Origin: Octopus vulgaris
Taxonomy: Eukaryota
Assembly: GCA_951406725.2 (NCBI GenBank)
Contig: OX597818.1
Coordinates: forward strand, 25,110,001 to 25,174,000
DNA: 64,000 nt
Reading direction: 5' to 3'
Translations under genes and position numbers: made by a program
The notes under the pieces: model-generated
What the model saw: only the letters and a program-made list of their open reading frames with translations
The model's database searches: none
Told to the model about the DNA's origin: nothing
In this document: positions 12,142 through 26,869 of the stretch, piece after piece
How the letters are laid out: each line of letters starts with the position of its first letter
How positions within the stretch are numbered: the stretch's first letter is position 1

Positions 12142-12477
12142 TACATATACACATACGCTATGATGCATTTTTAATAGTTAGTACATGTTACTAAACACAA
12201 TATTATTGTATATGCCGTTATCCTACTTACATTTATGTGTAGTGAAAAACTGAGCCCATCTCGTTTGCATTATTGTCACCCCTTTGATGCAAACCGAATG
12301 AAAGAAGTATATTTTTTGTTTTTATATAACATGCAGTTATATAATTATATATTGATGCATATAAAATGAAAGTGAAGTGTAGCAAGCTGATATGTAGATA
12401 TATGATAGCAATGTAATCTTAGTATCACTTATGTTAAAGCAATGAACATACAGACATGAATATACCCCACTGACTCT

Positions 12478-13620
12478 GTTTTCTCATAACTTCCAGACAA
12501 ATAGAAATTATATTTTAACGAAAGTTTTTACAAATATGCTGCAGATAATGTAGATTCCAGTTACATCAGAATTTGTTGTGACAAAGTATTTTTAAAGAGA
12601 GTGGGAGAGAATTTTCAGAGAATTCGCACAGGTTGACTTTGTTTTCTCATAACTTTCAGAAAAATGGGTATTTTTAAATGAAAATTTCTACAAATACTTT
12701 TCAGAGCATGTAAATTACAAATATATAAGAATCTGATGTGAAAAGGAAAATAGTAAGCATGCACACACACATAGTGATACATATCATAATGTTTTACAAA
12801 ATTTCAAGTTTCATTTTGTAGACATATGTTTTACATACCAGTATGTATGTATGTTGTCCAACCAGTTTTTATTTTCATACTAAATTCTGCTATAATCATA
12901 ATCTACTGCACTCTGAAAGTTATTTGTAGAAAATTTCATGAAAAAAATACCCATTTTTCTGATAGTTATGAGAAAATGAAGGCAACTTCAGTGAATTTTT
13001 TGAAACTCCTCTCACTATCCTTGTAAAAATATTTTCAGAACAAATTCCTATAGTATCAGAATCAACAAAATGCACAAAAACTGTAGTTTGGTCATGAACA
13101 ATTGTCTCTGGCCTGATATTGCATATCATTGTGGAAGACCATAACAAACATACATTTTCTTAAAATTATAATTGAAGATATTTATATTAAAGCAATGATT
13201 ATACATACACAAATGTGCTCCACCAACTTTGCTTCCTCATAACTTCCATAAAAATGGATATTTTTTAACGACATTTTCTACTAATTTGTTGTGGAAAAAA
13301 ATGTTTTTAGGGAAATGAGAAGAGTTTGAGAAAATTCACATGGGTCAGATTTGTTACCTCATAAAATTTTTAAAAAATGGATATTTTAAAATCTACACAC
13401 ACCTTTCAGAGTGTGTAGATTACAATTATATAAGAATTTAATATGAAAATAAAAACTGGTGGGATAGCACACATACATACCAACACACATCATATTCTTT
13501 ATGAAAAATTTTATTTCACAACAAATTCCAATGTAATTGGAATCTACACCATTTGTAGCGTATTTGTAGAAAATTTCATTAAAAAATATCCATTTTTCTG
13601 AAAGTCATGAGGAAAGAAAT
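12478..13620. repeat. Foldback-like repeat: two successive imperfect inverted-repeat pairs built from one ~165-bp module
   Basis: 12568-12745 is the reverse complement of 12866-13050 (ctcataactttcagaaaaatgggtattttt...aaatttctacaaata). The module recurs at 13230-13455 (direct) and 13505-13620 (inverted). Confidence 0.75.
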
Positions 13621-14247
13621 TCATTGGGGTACGTATGTGTAGATATGCTGTGGCTAATTCTGGCTGGTTACTGTATATCATTGTGCATGCGTTACTGAAA
13701 GTCCATAATAAACATATTATTTAAATAATACTCATAGATATATTGGATTATATCAGGATTCTCTCCAGCTTTTGCAGCTCCATCAAAATTCACTATTATG
13801 GTTGAAAGGTAATCAGCAATTGGAAATATTTTGTCAGTACAATTATCTCATTTGCAGCATCAGAATCTCTGTCTCCCTGGAACTGAAAGACACTATTTTT
13901 ACAAATGCTTCATCTTAATCGTATATCTTGCGTACTTTGCAGGATGTGCTGGAAATTTGTGAATACAACTTTAGTAGGCTATACATGGAAGATGACCTAA
14001 CATATTACATGACACGTGTCAAGTTTTAACTTTCTCATTTCTATTTCAGGTGTATTGACAGGACAGATTCCTATCTGTCACAAGAAATGAAACAGTATGC
14101 AATGCTCATAAACAAGAATAAAAATTGTGTTGCAAATTCATACTGCCATGGCCATATCCCTTACCTCTATTATCACTGAGAATCTATTTCTCTTTAAAAA
14201 AATAAAAAAACTTAACACTATACAATATGTTTAACAAAATAACTTAC

Positions 14248-14366
14248 TTTTAATACTTCAGAAGTAGTTGTGCCAGCAGGTGTTGCTTGGGTAGCGGTAT
14301 CATTATCTGCTAATGCTGAAGTAGCATAGCCAGTATCTGCAGCTGGTTCAAAGTCTTGCAATGCAC
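14248..14366 (-). CDS. PEX19: PEX19 exon 2 equivalent (second half of the PEX3-binding helix), 119 bp, phase 1-0
   Basis: aatatag|GT GCA TTG CAA GAC TTT...AAA|gtaagt. (x)ALQDFEPAADTGYATSALADNDTATQATPAGTTTSEVLK versus human (S)ALDDFDKAKP... Confidence 0.88.
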
Positions 14367-16298
14367 CTATATTAAATTAAAAGAATAAATAGAATATCAA
14401 GAATTTTTTTTTTAGAGAAAAGAATGTATTCATTAAACAAAAAAAAAATCAAAAGCAACTTCATAAGAAAGAATAATGTAAGATATTTCATTGATTTAAA
14501 TATTTAAAACTTAAGTTATTTAACTTCTTGGTGACCAGTTCTTAGTTTTATTTAATTTCCTAACCTGCTTGTCAAAAACTACACATTCTATTCCATCAGA
14601 CACATTTTGCCCATGTATAAATAGTAAAATAGAACCTTTAATATCATCTTTCTTGGTTGAATTCTTAGCATAACTTTGCATTATATATCCTGTACTTAAA
14701 AATTTTCTCTTTTCATTTTAAATATTTTGAATGTAACTTTTTATATAGAATTTTAAAATTTCATGCAAATTTATGAAATCTCAAAAAAAAAAAAAAACAT
14801 GTCTTGAATTCAACTTTTTTAATATTAAGAGGAAAAGTAATAAGATTAATAACAAATCTTGGTAGTTCATTTCATAGACTTCAATTCCCCAGTAAGTCAC
14901 AGAAAAAAACAACAAAAAGCAAAAATTAAAAATACGAAGAATATTTCTTTGAGATGAAATCAATACAAAAACAGCACGAATTAGAAATTACATTTTGAAC
15001 TTTTAAACCTAACAATCAGTATTGCTCTTTGCTCATTTACCCTTTTATTAATAAAATGTTTATAAAACTGTTTCTGTAATCCATTCATTGATTATTTCTT
15101 AAAATTAGCCATAATAACCATGTTATGGAATCACAAGATCTAGGAGTTACACTACGGTTATAGCATCAAAAGGAACTCTTTGGAATCAAATCACAATTAT
15201 TTTTTGTAATGTACCAGAAGTATTCCCAATATTTTATTGATTGACTCAAGAGATGTATACACACAAACTCTTTTCATGGTTAACATTTGAAACAAGCTGC
15301 TCTTAAGAAACCATCTCCTGCATTTTAAGGACCAGCTGATAGTAAAAAAAAAATAAATCAATAAACACGATACCTTCTAAGTTATATTCCATAAAAAGCT
15401 AATAAACTAGTCAGATTTTGTTAATACATGTTATTTGAAATCTGTAAGAAATCCTAGTGCAACATTTGAAGTTAAGTTGTTTTCCTTTTAGAACAAGAAG
15501 ACCAGACAACTTCATATGATTTCACCAACTTTGGTCAAAATACTCTTAAAACTGATTTTTTAAAGTAAATAAGTGGAATAAAATAAAGCTGATACAATGA
15601 AGATATTACAAAATTTCTCTATCTGGGAGATGTAATTCACATAAATTTTTTAAAATCAAAACAACTGAAATTACTTGACAATTGATGACATTTCTGGTTG
15701 AGCTATATTTATCAAATATCATAATGTTGAATGAATCAACAGAGTAATACTGCTGCCAACATGTTTGCCATAAAATAATTCTTTACCTAGTTATTTAAAT
15801 GGTTGTTTTCATTAATGGAACTTTTTGATGCACTATTCTAGTAACTTAAAGTCACCAGCTATAAAAATATTTCAAGATAACAAAAATTCTAGAGACATTA
15901 TTATGTTTGTGAAAGCATCATAAAATACTTCTATTTTCGAAGTGAAATTTCTCTTTTATATCTTATTTGATTGTTTTTCATTAGCAGCCACTGGATGTCG
16001 AAAACAAGTAAAACCTTTTATATGTTTAAAGAAAAAATTTTTATGAAAAATTCTACAAGTAATCTTTAACAAAAAAATTTTTAAATTATTGTGACATACT
16101 GAAACATATTTATATCCAGAACAATAAAGAAAACAAATTAATTTCTATTAATTTATAGTCCAAATAAAAAAAATGCCCTCAAAATTTGAAGGAAAAATAG
16201 GAATTAATATAGTATGTAAAAACTAAATATTTTCATTTTATATTTATTTTTTTCTCCATATCTTGGAATAATATATAAACTACAATAAAATTTCATTG

Positions 16299-16765
16299 TA
16301 GGCACAGGCAACACTATAGGGTTAAGAAAATTGCTTCCCAACATGGTTCTGGGTTCAGTTCCACTGTGTAGTACCTCGGGCAAGTGTGTTTACTATAGTC
16401 GCAAAGCTTTATGAATGGATTTGGTAAGCAGAAACTGAAAGGAGCTCTTCATATATGTATATGTAAGTACATGTATGTGTGTGTGTGAGTCGGTGTCTCT
16501 TTGTTTTGACATCATGTGATAGATGTAAACAAGTGTCACTGTCATACAACAGTGTTCTTTATTTCCTATCTTCCATGAAAGTGTCTAAATATTGAGAAAT
16601 ATTACCTCACTTGGAAACAGGTTAGGACTGGCAATAGGAAGGGCACCAAACCATAGAAAATCTGACTCAACAAATTCCATCTAACTTATGTGATTATGGA
16701 AAAATGAACATTAAAACAAAGATGATGATGATGGCGGTGATGATAATGATGATGATGATGATGAC
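16299..16765 (+). mobile_element. tRNA/CORE-like SINE with RTE-type tail ending in (GAT)n
   Basis: Collinear with 2528-2910; ends ...ggaaaaatgaacattaaaacaaagatgatgatgatg. Confidence 0.75.
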
Positions 16766-18659
16766 AGGCATTTTACATACCGAAAACTGATTAGACTGAA
16801 TCAACTTCATAAAATTTATTTTAAAAAAATCAACTTCATAAAATTTATTTCAAAAAAATCAGAGCATTTGGTAAGTCAGTTTTCATTTTAGTAATAAAAA
16901 TAAATTGCAAATGGAAGCAAATGTATGTCTGTTTAATTGAGCATACACATGTATTAAATAAAATAAAGAAAACATATGTTAATATTCCATTTATTGCCAT
17001 AAATTATATGTTAATCTTATAGATTTTCTACAAAACAGTGAGGAGTCTATAAATTCACATTTTAGACAAAGTGAAATCTACAAAGTACATATGAAAAAGA
17101 ATACAAATTTGGCCTTAGCAAGTCTTGAACCAATAGAACTTCACTGATTACCTGGTGAGATGATGAATAATATATTAGATGTTCTTAGCAACTTTATGTA
17201 CTGAATTCTGAGAATGCTTTGAATCTTGGCACATGTACACTGTATGTTTTAATTTCACCTTGACTCCATTATATTATGAAATATCTAATTATACCACCTT
17301 ACATTTGCAAGGTGCCCCTAAATCTTTTTGTAAATATTTATAGTAAAGGTCATTTTCTGAAAAGGTGAGTTATTTAAGGTAAATGGAAAGATTTCACCTT
17401 ACAAGCAACTTACTAGTAATGAAAGCTAATGTTGAAAATGTTAAAATTAACAACAAAAATATATTACTCTTAAACATGGTAAGTTATGTATGAATAGGTC
17501 AAGTAATAGCAGTTGAATAGGTGGTTATAAGCATGGAGTGATGCTATTATAAAGAAATATACTTCTTTAGACAGTGAAAACAAAGTAATAATCTGAAACA
17601 TCCTATGTTACATTTGCAATAAAGTTTATTTGACAAGATAAAATGTCAGCCTTAGAATGGAAGGTCATTAAATTTCAGGGTATTGCCAATACTTTAATCA
17701 GCATTTAATAAAGTTGTAAGCAAACCAGAATCAACACCTGATTGGCTGATAAATTCTCAAAATATAAATTTTCAAAAAGCAAAAATACCAGAGACCCATA
17801 AAATTATAGGCATATAAGAAACTTGTTAACACCATAAAGGCATTACATTCATTCTCTAACACAGGTTGGTTACACATTCAGAGAACAATAATATATTACT
17901 ATGGAGGGGGGGGGGTTAGAATGTAATGTGCAACTATAAAGAGTAACTACTTAAGTGATCACAGAAGACAGTGAAAAGAGGGAAATGACTGCTGGTCATA
18001 AGACCAAATGGGAGGAAGCTGAATGGAAGAAGGTTGAATTCAAATGAGCTGAGCTTAAAAGATTGAAAGCTTAGATTTTAGAATATGTTAAGGGAAAATG
18101 TGAAAATAGTCTTAAAAGACATGCTATATATAACATATTGAAAAATCACAATGTTCTTACAAAGCAAAGAAGAGATGATCAAGAGCAGCCCAATTCCCAT
18201 AAGAAAAATTTTCCAAGGAGACTCATTATCTATTGCTTAGCATTAACCTCATTAACAAACCTATAGAACAAAACCACCATAGGATGCAGATTTTAGAAAC
18301 AAATTATAAACCATCTCTTCTATATGGAAAACTTTAAAATGTTATCCAGCTGCAAAACCTACTAAAAATTGTTCGTGAATTCAGTCAGTGCATAAAAGTG
18401 AGTGTAGAATTTGACAAATGTGCCACAACTACTAACAAGAAAATGCAAAAGAAACTTAAACCAAGAATATTAAAGTGTCCCATATTTAGAATACATGCAC
18501 TGTGTCCCTATGTGTCATAAGAGGTGACAAAACAGATTGGCAACAGGAAAGGCATCCAGCTATAAAACTTTGTCTCAGAAAATCCATTCAACTTATTTAT
18601 ATCAGTATGGAAAGATAAATGTCTGATGATGATGACAACAATGATTACAATAAAAACAA

Positions 18660-19358
18660 CATATAAATCAAGGAATTAGACCAGAACAAGCAATACAAAT
18701 AAAGCACTAATAAAATATTTCACACAGAAATGATGGAGGCAAGAGTACTACAGAAGAGTTAGTCGTATGTTAAAAACTGAACTCAGTGCCAGAAATAAGA
18801 TAGTAGGTATAAATGTACAAGTTATCCAAGTAATGAACTAGAGCTTTGACATAAAATGGAAGTTAAGAGAATTAAAAAGCTTAGACAGAAGAGCTAAAAA
18901 CTATTTACAGTATTCTGGTGTCACCAACCCAAAACTGATATATGCAGAATACACCAGCACTGTCCTTAAAGAGAAAAGGTTTAATACGATAGAAAACTAC
19001 TTCAAAATAAAAATAGTAGGGCTAGAAAAATACTTACAGTCAAAGAAAAGGAAGCTGATAAGTGTTACAAGGAAACATGGACTAAAAAAATCTTTTCTCT
19101 ACATATTTGAAGAAAACTAATTACACTGAAATAAAAGATTCAGATAAAGATAAAACAATAGAAAGCACTAAAATAACAAACAAAAACAACAATCGACAAA
19201 CTCAGAACAGAACTCCAAATATATTGAATAAAAAAAAAATTGAAAGAAACACCACTCCACTGCAAGGCTCAATACAGAAGAAGTAAATCAGAATGAACGG
19301 TACAAAATCTCTGGTCTAATAGCAGAAACAGTAAGTTTGATTCTAACTGCACAAGACA
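18660..19358 (+). mobile_element. Degraded R4/Dong-type LINE fragment
   Basis: Frameshifted remnants of the post-RT region (...ELSAR NKIVGIN...VPVxxYSF...KKLD RR...HPKxDI.R.Y...KPLH...LITAQD). Confidence 0.55.
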
Positions 19359-20689
19359 GTGGGAGCAAGGTCTGGAATCGAAAGGCTTTAGAGTTAATTT
19401 AGCTGAGACCAAAGTCCTAGTATGTAGGAAAATGAACAAATCACAAATCCTTTCACAGTGATGGCCCAGTTTGATATGTAGGAAAGGTGTTGGTAGATCC
19501 TCCATATGGTGTACCTAGTGCACATTGCAGCAGTACCATAGGAAGGTTAACATAAAGTAGTCTTTGTGTATGACAGATGTGCAGCTCCAATATAAACACT
19601 CAGAATGTACAGAAAATCGACTTCCTCAAATGTCTGGGGGATCCTTAGAAACAGTAGATAACTTCCATTATCTAGGAAACCAAGTTAGCAGTGGAGGAGG
19701 AAAATAAGAATAGACTGGGCAAAGTTCAGAGAGCTACTACTTTTGTCTCTCTAAGACTGAAAGACAGATTGTATGATGCCCATATATGTACAGCTATGCT
19801 ATATGGCAGTGAAACATGGGTTATGACTATAGAGGATATGAGAAGGCTTGAAAGACATGAAGGCTGCATGCTCCACTGGATAGGTAATGTCAGTGTGCAT
19901 GTACAACAGAGTGTAAATGATTTTGAAAGAAAAACTGTGTATATGAGGCATCAGTTGTAGTGTACAAGAGAGAAGACAGGTCATGTGATATGTATGAATG
20001 AGGACAGCTGCATAAAGAAGTGCCAATCTCTAATTGTGGAGGGAACCTGTGGAAGGGACAGATCCAGGAAGACATGGGATGAAGTAGTGAGGAAGGATCT
20101 TCAGACATTAGACCTCGCAGAAATGACAAAGGACCACGACTTCAGACAGTTTGCTGTGTTTGAGAAAACAAGTCAACTGGCCGTCCATACATACAAGAAT
20201 GCCCTCTACAACTCTCTCTCAGTTGAGAGGTCCTTCTCTTGAGGACTTGTGGTTGCTGGTATCATATAAAAGCACCCATGCCACTGTCATGTAAAAGTGC
20301 CCTTGCCAGCCCCATGGAAAAGTGCTTGTACTACATAGAGGCACATATGCTGTGCTTGAGAAGACCTGGCAAGCCAAATGGGACAGTAATCATGGCCTAT
20401 GCCAGTGCAGGATAACCAGCCCATTTAAGAGGACCCTTCAATCATTGGGCAATAAACTGTGCTTGCGAAAACCTGTTGAGGCAAGCGAAGTTGTTGTCAT
20501 GGCCGATGCCAGTGCTGGCTGACTGGTCCCAAGCTGGTGGCATATAAAAAATAACATTCGAGCATGGCCCATGCCAGTACCGCCTGATCAGATTGGAGCC
20601 TGGTGCAGCTATCTGGCTCATCAGCCCTCAGTCAAACCATCCAACCCATACCAGCATGGAAAGCTGACATTAAACAATGATGATGATGA
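19359..20689 (+). mobile_element. 5'-truncated RTE-clade LINE with 3' UTR and (GAT)n tail
   Basis: LESKGFRVNLAETKV, WPSLICRKGVG, FHYLG, RLYDAHICTAMLYGSETW, GTCGRDRSRKTWDEVVRKDL; tail ccatccaacccataccagcatggaaagctgacattaaacaatgatgatgat. Confidence 0.85.
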
Positions 20690-21085
20690 GGTGTGGCTGT
20701 GTGTAAAGAAGCTTGTTTCTCAATTACATGGTTACAGGTTCAACCCTACTGTGTTGCATCTTGGGCAAGTCTCTTCCACTATAGACTTGGGCCAACCAAA
20801 GCCTTATGAGTAGATTTGGTAGACAAAAATAAAGAAGCCTGCTGTATATGTATATATCTATATGTGTGTGTGTGTGTTTGTCCCCACCACCATTTGACCC
20901 CTCGATGCCACTGGTGCTGTTGTGTTTAGATCCTCATGACTTAGCAGTTCAGCAAAAAGAGACTGATAGAATAAGTAACCAGACTCTAAAATAAAATAAA
21001 AACTGAAGTCAATTCGTTCAATTTAAATTCTTTAAGGTAGTACCCCAACATGGTCACAGTCTAATGACTGAAACAAGTAAAAGAT
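20690..21085 (+). mobile_element. tRNA/CORE-like SINE with CR1-group-type 3' tail
   Basis: Same head as 2528/16299, but ends aaggtagtaccccaacatggtcacagtctaatgactgaaacaagtaaaagat, which matches the 3' end of the LINEs at 58080 and 62500. Confidence 0.75.
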
Positions 21086-21695
21086 CATCATCATCATTTA
21101 ATGTTCGCTTTCCATGCTGGCAGTTTGACTGAGGGCTTGCAAGTCAGAAGGCTGCACCAGGCTCCAATCTGATCTGGCAGCGTTTCTACAGCAGGATGCT
21201 CTTCCTAATGTCAACCACTCTGAGAGTGTAGAGGGTGCTTTTTACGTGCCTCCAGCACGGGACCAGTTAGCCACTACTGGCATTGACCATGCTCAAATGG
21301 TGCTTTTTACATGCCACCAACACAGGAGCCAGTCCAGCAGCACTGGCAATGATTACACTTGAATTGTGCTTTTTATGTATCACCGGCACGGGACCAGTCA
21401 GGCAGCACTGGTATCGATCATGCTCGAATGGTGCTTTTTATGTGCCTCTGGCATGGGTGCCAATCAGGCAGTACTGTCATTGGCCACAACAATGACTTCA
21501 CTTGACTCAACAGGTCTTTGCAAATGCAGTTTATTGCCGAATGATTGAAGGGTACTCTTAAATGGGCCAGTTATGCTGCACTGGCATAGGCCACAGTTAT
21601 GGTCTCACTTGGCTTGCTGGTTTTTCTCAAGCACAGCATATCTCCAAAGGTTTTGGTCACTTCTCACCACTTCTGTGAGGCCCAACGTTCAAAAC
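21086..21695 (-). mobile_element. RTE 3'-UTR-derived element with ~70-bp internal tandem repeats
   Basis: (ATC)n tail, aatgttcgctttccatgc, and four ggtgcttttt-acgtgcc..ggcacggg.ccagtcagg units. Confidence 0.7.
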
Positions 21696-21696
21696 A

Positions 21697-21733
<37 letters not shown>

Positions 21734-23756
21734 TACATACAGAGAGAGAAAAAGAGAGAGAGAGAGAGCAACATATGTGATATTTGTTTCTATAAGTTTT
21801 TGGAGAAAAGATCATTATTTGACTGATGAATTGTTAATCCAATGATCATGAGCTGAAAGGAAAATCTTATCAGTACGGTATTACTTTTAGGTAAACTATT
21901 TTACTCTTCTTGTTGTATCAAACACAACTAGCAGAAAAGTGATTAGTGTTAGAGAAGATAATAATTCAGATATTTTGCAGTAATATCTAAATTTCTAGAA
22001 TTATCCAACATATGTAAGCCTGAAGAGTGAATAGCATCAGTAATAAAAAAATAAAAATTTTATGAGAAATTTCCTCTTCCTCTTACTGTTGTTGCTGGTG
22101 GTGATGTTGCTGCTACTACTCTGTTTAACAAGATTATAGGCCAGGAATCTGACACCATTTTACTTATATTAGTAATGTCTCAATACAAGGCAAAACAATC
22201 AAAACTTCTCTTTATCTAACAACTTACTTTCCTACTCTTAAAAATTCAAACATTTTAAATGTTTAATGACGAAATAGTTTTCTTAATTCATTATACTGAA
22301 AACTAATATGTTCGCAATCTTGAGACACTGTAGTCACTGTACTCCAAACAACCACTTAAGTAAAGATTGCTTTGCATAACACTTCCACTAATAATGTCAT
22401 CCAATCCAGAATAAGAATAAAAAAAATAATAAAATGCAATAAAAAAATATATGAAAAATAATGAATTCTATGAGATATGATAAATATCTTGAAAGAGAGC
22501 AAACAGTTACACACACACAAAAAAAGAAAAAAGAATAGGCAGACTGGCAGGAAACCAGTGTGAAAATTTTTTCTTGGGGCTATTCTTAGCTTACAGAAAG
22601 AAGAGCATTTACTTTAGAAGCAACGGCCAGCAACCATCATTTAGTAGAATACTGAGTGCATTTTGATAAAAGAAATCATATAACTGAAATGCTTTCACTG
22701 AAATTACAAGAAACCAATGAGAATTAAAATGCTTACAGCAATTTTTTTTAATGTCTGACTGCACAATGCATACACATACATAGCTATACACCCATACATA
22801 TAATAAATTAACAGAAAATATATTTCATTTGTGTTATCTAATCCAATATTAATCCAAGATAAAAGCCAATATTAGATAAAAATCAGATACTAATTTAATA
22901 GAAAGTAAAAATGATTTAGCATTAGCATATTTATTTGTAGTTACAGTATTTAGAAATTACCAGCCACCTTGCAAGAAACTAATCAATGAATGAATGTAAC
23001 AAGTCTATTGAACAATTGACAAGAACTGATGCCAAAGATAGTACCTCAATCTACAAGGCTTAAAAGTAATGAACAAAAGCAATAGCCCTCATTTTTGTAA
23101 GATATCAATTAATCATCTTTTTAAGATATCACAGCTACAGTAATGTTTCATGATTATTATATTCAAGAAAAGAGAAGTTCAGTACTAACATGATATCAGT
23201 ATCAACATCATAGAGAATATAAATGACTGAATCAATAGAGTATCAGAGAATTGCTAGACAGCTAGTCACTGAAATGGTTCAACCAACCTAAGGGTAGGAA
23301 CAATTTGCCACTGTAAGCAGAAGAACCAGTCAAATGAATGCATCATTAACTTGCAGTTTTGAGTTAAATTTCATGCATCAAAAGAGTTATCTACATGGTA
23401 TTAAATGTAAGGTCAGAATTGTCTCTCAACCACTTAATGCAATAAAAACAGGAATTAAGCTTGTGTCCAGTGATCTGCTAAAGTCCTTAAAGGGAAATAT
23501 CATGATATCATTAACTAGTCTTAATATCCAAAATAATTTTTCTTAATTTAAAAAAGAATTCCTAAATAAATTTTTACAAAATATTTTATATGAATTGTGA
23601 TGAAATAACAAATGCAAACAAAAAATTATGTATTTGAAAAATACATCACTTCATTTTCATAAAATAAGAACAATAATCACTGAGAGATTTGGTCATCCAA
23701 CTTTGAAAGCCCCACATTTGATAGCACGTAGATAACTCCCTTTAATGGAATGGAGA

Positions 23757-24095
23757 AGGCAGAGTATAGCCAAATGGTTAAAAAATTCAATTTGTAACTA
23801 TGAGATCCCAGGTTTGATTTGTGTGGCATCTTGGGTAAACATTTTCTATAGCCTCAAGTCAGCCTTGAAAGTGAAACTAATCAGTCGACAGAAATTATAA
23901 ACATCTGTCAGGTGTATCATACTTTTAATTCAAAAGGTACAACTTTGTCATACACCACCTGATTCTGATAAAGAACTATGTTAAGGGGACATGTGCTTGT
24001 GGAATGCTCAGCCACTTATGCATTAATTCAGTTTATCAAACCCAATCCTCGTTGTTGAATGGTGGAGATCCACCACCACCACCACCACCACCAAT
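23757..24095 (+). mobile_element. Diverged tRNA/CORE-like SINE
   Basis: ggcagagtatagccaaatggttaa...gagatcccaggtttgatt...catcttgggtaaac (A/B-box-like plus CORE-like). Confidence 0.5.
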
Positions 24096-24171
24096 AAAAT
24101 AAAGTAAGATTTGCTACAAGCAATCCGTTAATCATAGTAGTCATAACTAGAAGGATTGAGTTCCAGACAAG

Positions 24172-24218
<47 letters not shown>

Positions 24219-24894
24219 GATTATAGGAAAATAGATGGAATGAATATACAAAATATAGATAAAAATGGATTTCAAACAGCTTTGGAAAAAATATAGACAT
24301 CATTGTTATAGAGAGAGTAATGTAAAAATAATAATAATAAAGTATCAGAGAAGAAAATGAGATGAAAGACAGATGAAATTAAGATGAAATGCTGATCAAT
24401 GAAAAAAAGAAAGAGGAAAGGAAAGATAAGAGAGTGGAAAAGAAGGGGACAAAGAAGAGGGGAGAATCTTGACATAACTAATCAATATGATGATTTACAG
24501 AAAATAAAGCAGTCATAGATTGAGAAATAGAATTGAGAGGCTGCATTAAACTTGAGGTGTCAGCAACTTAAGGAGTGAAAGCAAATTAATTTTGGGCAGT
24601 TATGGATAAACTTATAAATTGAAAAGATAATTCAGAATTTGCCTTCAACTGTGGTTAATTAAGATTTGAAATTAGGGCTAATGTGTGTGTTTTTCTAATG
24701 GAAACTACGTGAAGGCCCATCATCAGGTATAGATATGTACACACACACACTTCTTTATGCATGATTATACATAATAGCATGCATACACATACATATACAT
24801 ACATACACATACATATATCATGCCAGCATGGAAGACAGATATTAAATGATGACAATAATGACATACACACATGTATATATAATATACATATACT

Positions 24895-24932
<38 letters not shown>

Positions 24933-25108
24933 CATTTATATACACTTATACACACGCATACATACACACACACTTTGACACAAAGTGACACAACACCAGC
25001 TGAAACTGGTGAGTATAAACAGGTTCAAGCATATATGTAACAAGCTTCTGCATACATTATATACATATATATATATTTAATTCATAGGCATATACATAAT
25101 ACAATTGC

Positions 25109-25143
<35 letters not shown>

Positions 25144-26869
25144 AATACATACACACACATGTATATACGTAAATACACATATATATATGCACATATACAT
25201 ATGTAAATACACACAAACACACAAATATGCATGTGCACACACACACAAATATTGATAAATGTTGGCAGAAATGGTTTGCTGAACAATAATACCTTATGGC
25301 CTTGTGACATATGATAACATTTTAGTCATGTCACTCTTCTGTTCTATCTAACAAAGTCAATTGAATAAGTAACAATGTACTGACGTATATACAGTAAGTA
25401 AAACCATTAAAGATGGTGCTCTAGCATGGCTGTAACCTAATAACTAGAAAAAGAGTATGTAAAATTCTATTGCCAAAAATTTTATTTTGTTTTCACTTCT
25501 GACACGTATTTCAAGCCTCACCAAGCCTACACTTTAGTGTCATGAAGTAATCTTATCTCATGAAATTCTGAGCTGTTTTTATATTCACCATTCTCCACAA
25601 CATTCTCCTTATTCCTTATCCATCTGCATTATTTCAAAAAGGACCCATCTCATACTCTATAATTTAGATAACTTGTCTCTGAAAATGGTGTCCAAATATT
25701 TTCACAAAAACAAAATTTGGTTTTCATGATGCAGTAATGGTAACCCATCTGAGTGAGAAGGTACTTTGAAGCAAAACTAATACAAGGTAGGAAAAACTGT
25801 CTTGTGAAAAAAAACCAAAAAAAACCTTCAGTGTAAATGCCACTTTAGTAAATACACTATCCCAATTTAGTCAATGGTTGATGATAGGAAGAGCATCTAT
25901 TCATAAATCCCAGCCAAATCAAGCATGCAAGGTAGCATGTTATTAAATGATACAAGCTCAACAAAATTAGTTTTATGTTAAACCTAGCTAACTATACATA
26001 TATATGTATCCTCAAAACAACTCATCACCCTCATTATGTCTCTCTTTTTTATTTTCTAGGAGTTCAACTCAGAAATTCCCACACTGAACATGCTTGTCTT
26101 GCAAATATTGACCTATAACAGTTCAAGTAAAACATTAGCCACATCAATCTTACCAGCATCAATGGGATGCAAGTTCTTTCTCTGCTTCTGTTAGTTTTGA
26201 GTGTCATAGAAATACTATAGAGATCTTTCTTCCTATTTAGAAGTACAAGTTGGTGTAAACATATGGAACAATGATGATTTAAACACACTAGTTGCTCTAT
26301 TTGTTCTGGGTATAGTTCATAGGAACTCATTACTATAATATCTATGGATCTGGGACATGATATTATAAGCACAAAAGAAAAAAAAAGTTTTAATTTATCA
26401 AGATTCTGATTTTTAAAAAAAATTTGAAAAATTAAAAAAATACTTTTTTTTAACTTGTGCATGATAAAAATGAGAAATTAAAATTTTTACACAAAAATTA
26501 TATTTAGTTCTGTAACAACATGACCAAGTACTTCACTATACAAACTGATTAAAACTGAATAAAAACTTATTTGGGAGAAGGGATTTAATTGACTAGATTG
26601 CTACTTATTTTATAGCTATCAGAAGCATGCAAAGCAAAGTTTATCTCAGCAGAATTTGAACATGATGATGGTGGTGGCAACAGCAGTGGTTGTGGTTGTT
26701 CAACCTCCTTCAGATCACATTCAATCATCTTAGGAAAGGATATGTCACAATTGTGCCCCTGAGTTCCTGGCATATTAGAAAAAATGGTATGGTCATAACT
26801 GAAATAACTGAGACAATAGCTCTGCTCAAACAACATTGATTTGGTGCTAAACAAACTGTAAAATAATGA

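Noticed and set aside
16299-16375. tRNA-like A/B boxes (also 20690, 27088, 46205)
   Set aside because: These are SINE heads without a complete cloverleaf, not tRNA genes.
22087-22120. Possible 34-bp minus-strand exon (aaacag|...|gtaaga) ending in phase 1
   Set aside because: Encodes only low-complexity SSSSNITTSNN from a trinucleotide-like tract, with no PEX19 similarity.
26060-26462. 132-aa minus ORF and a strong plus-strand acceptor at ~26059
   Set aside because: No recognisable domain, no partner exons, and an early stop on the plus strand.
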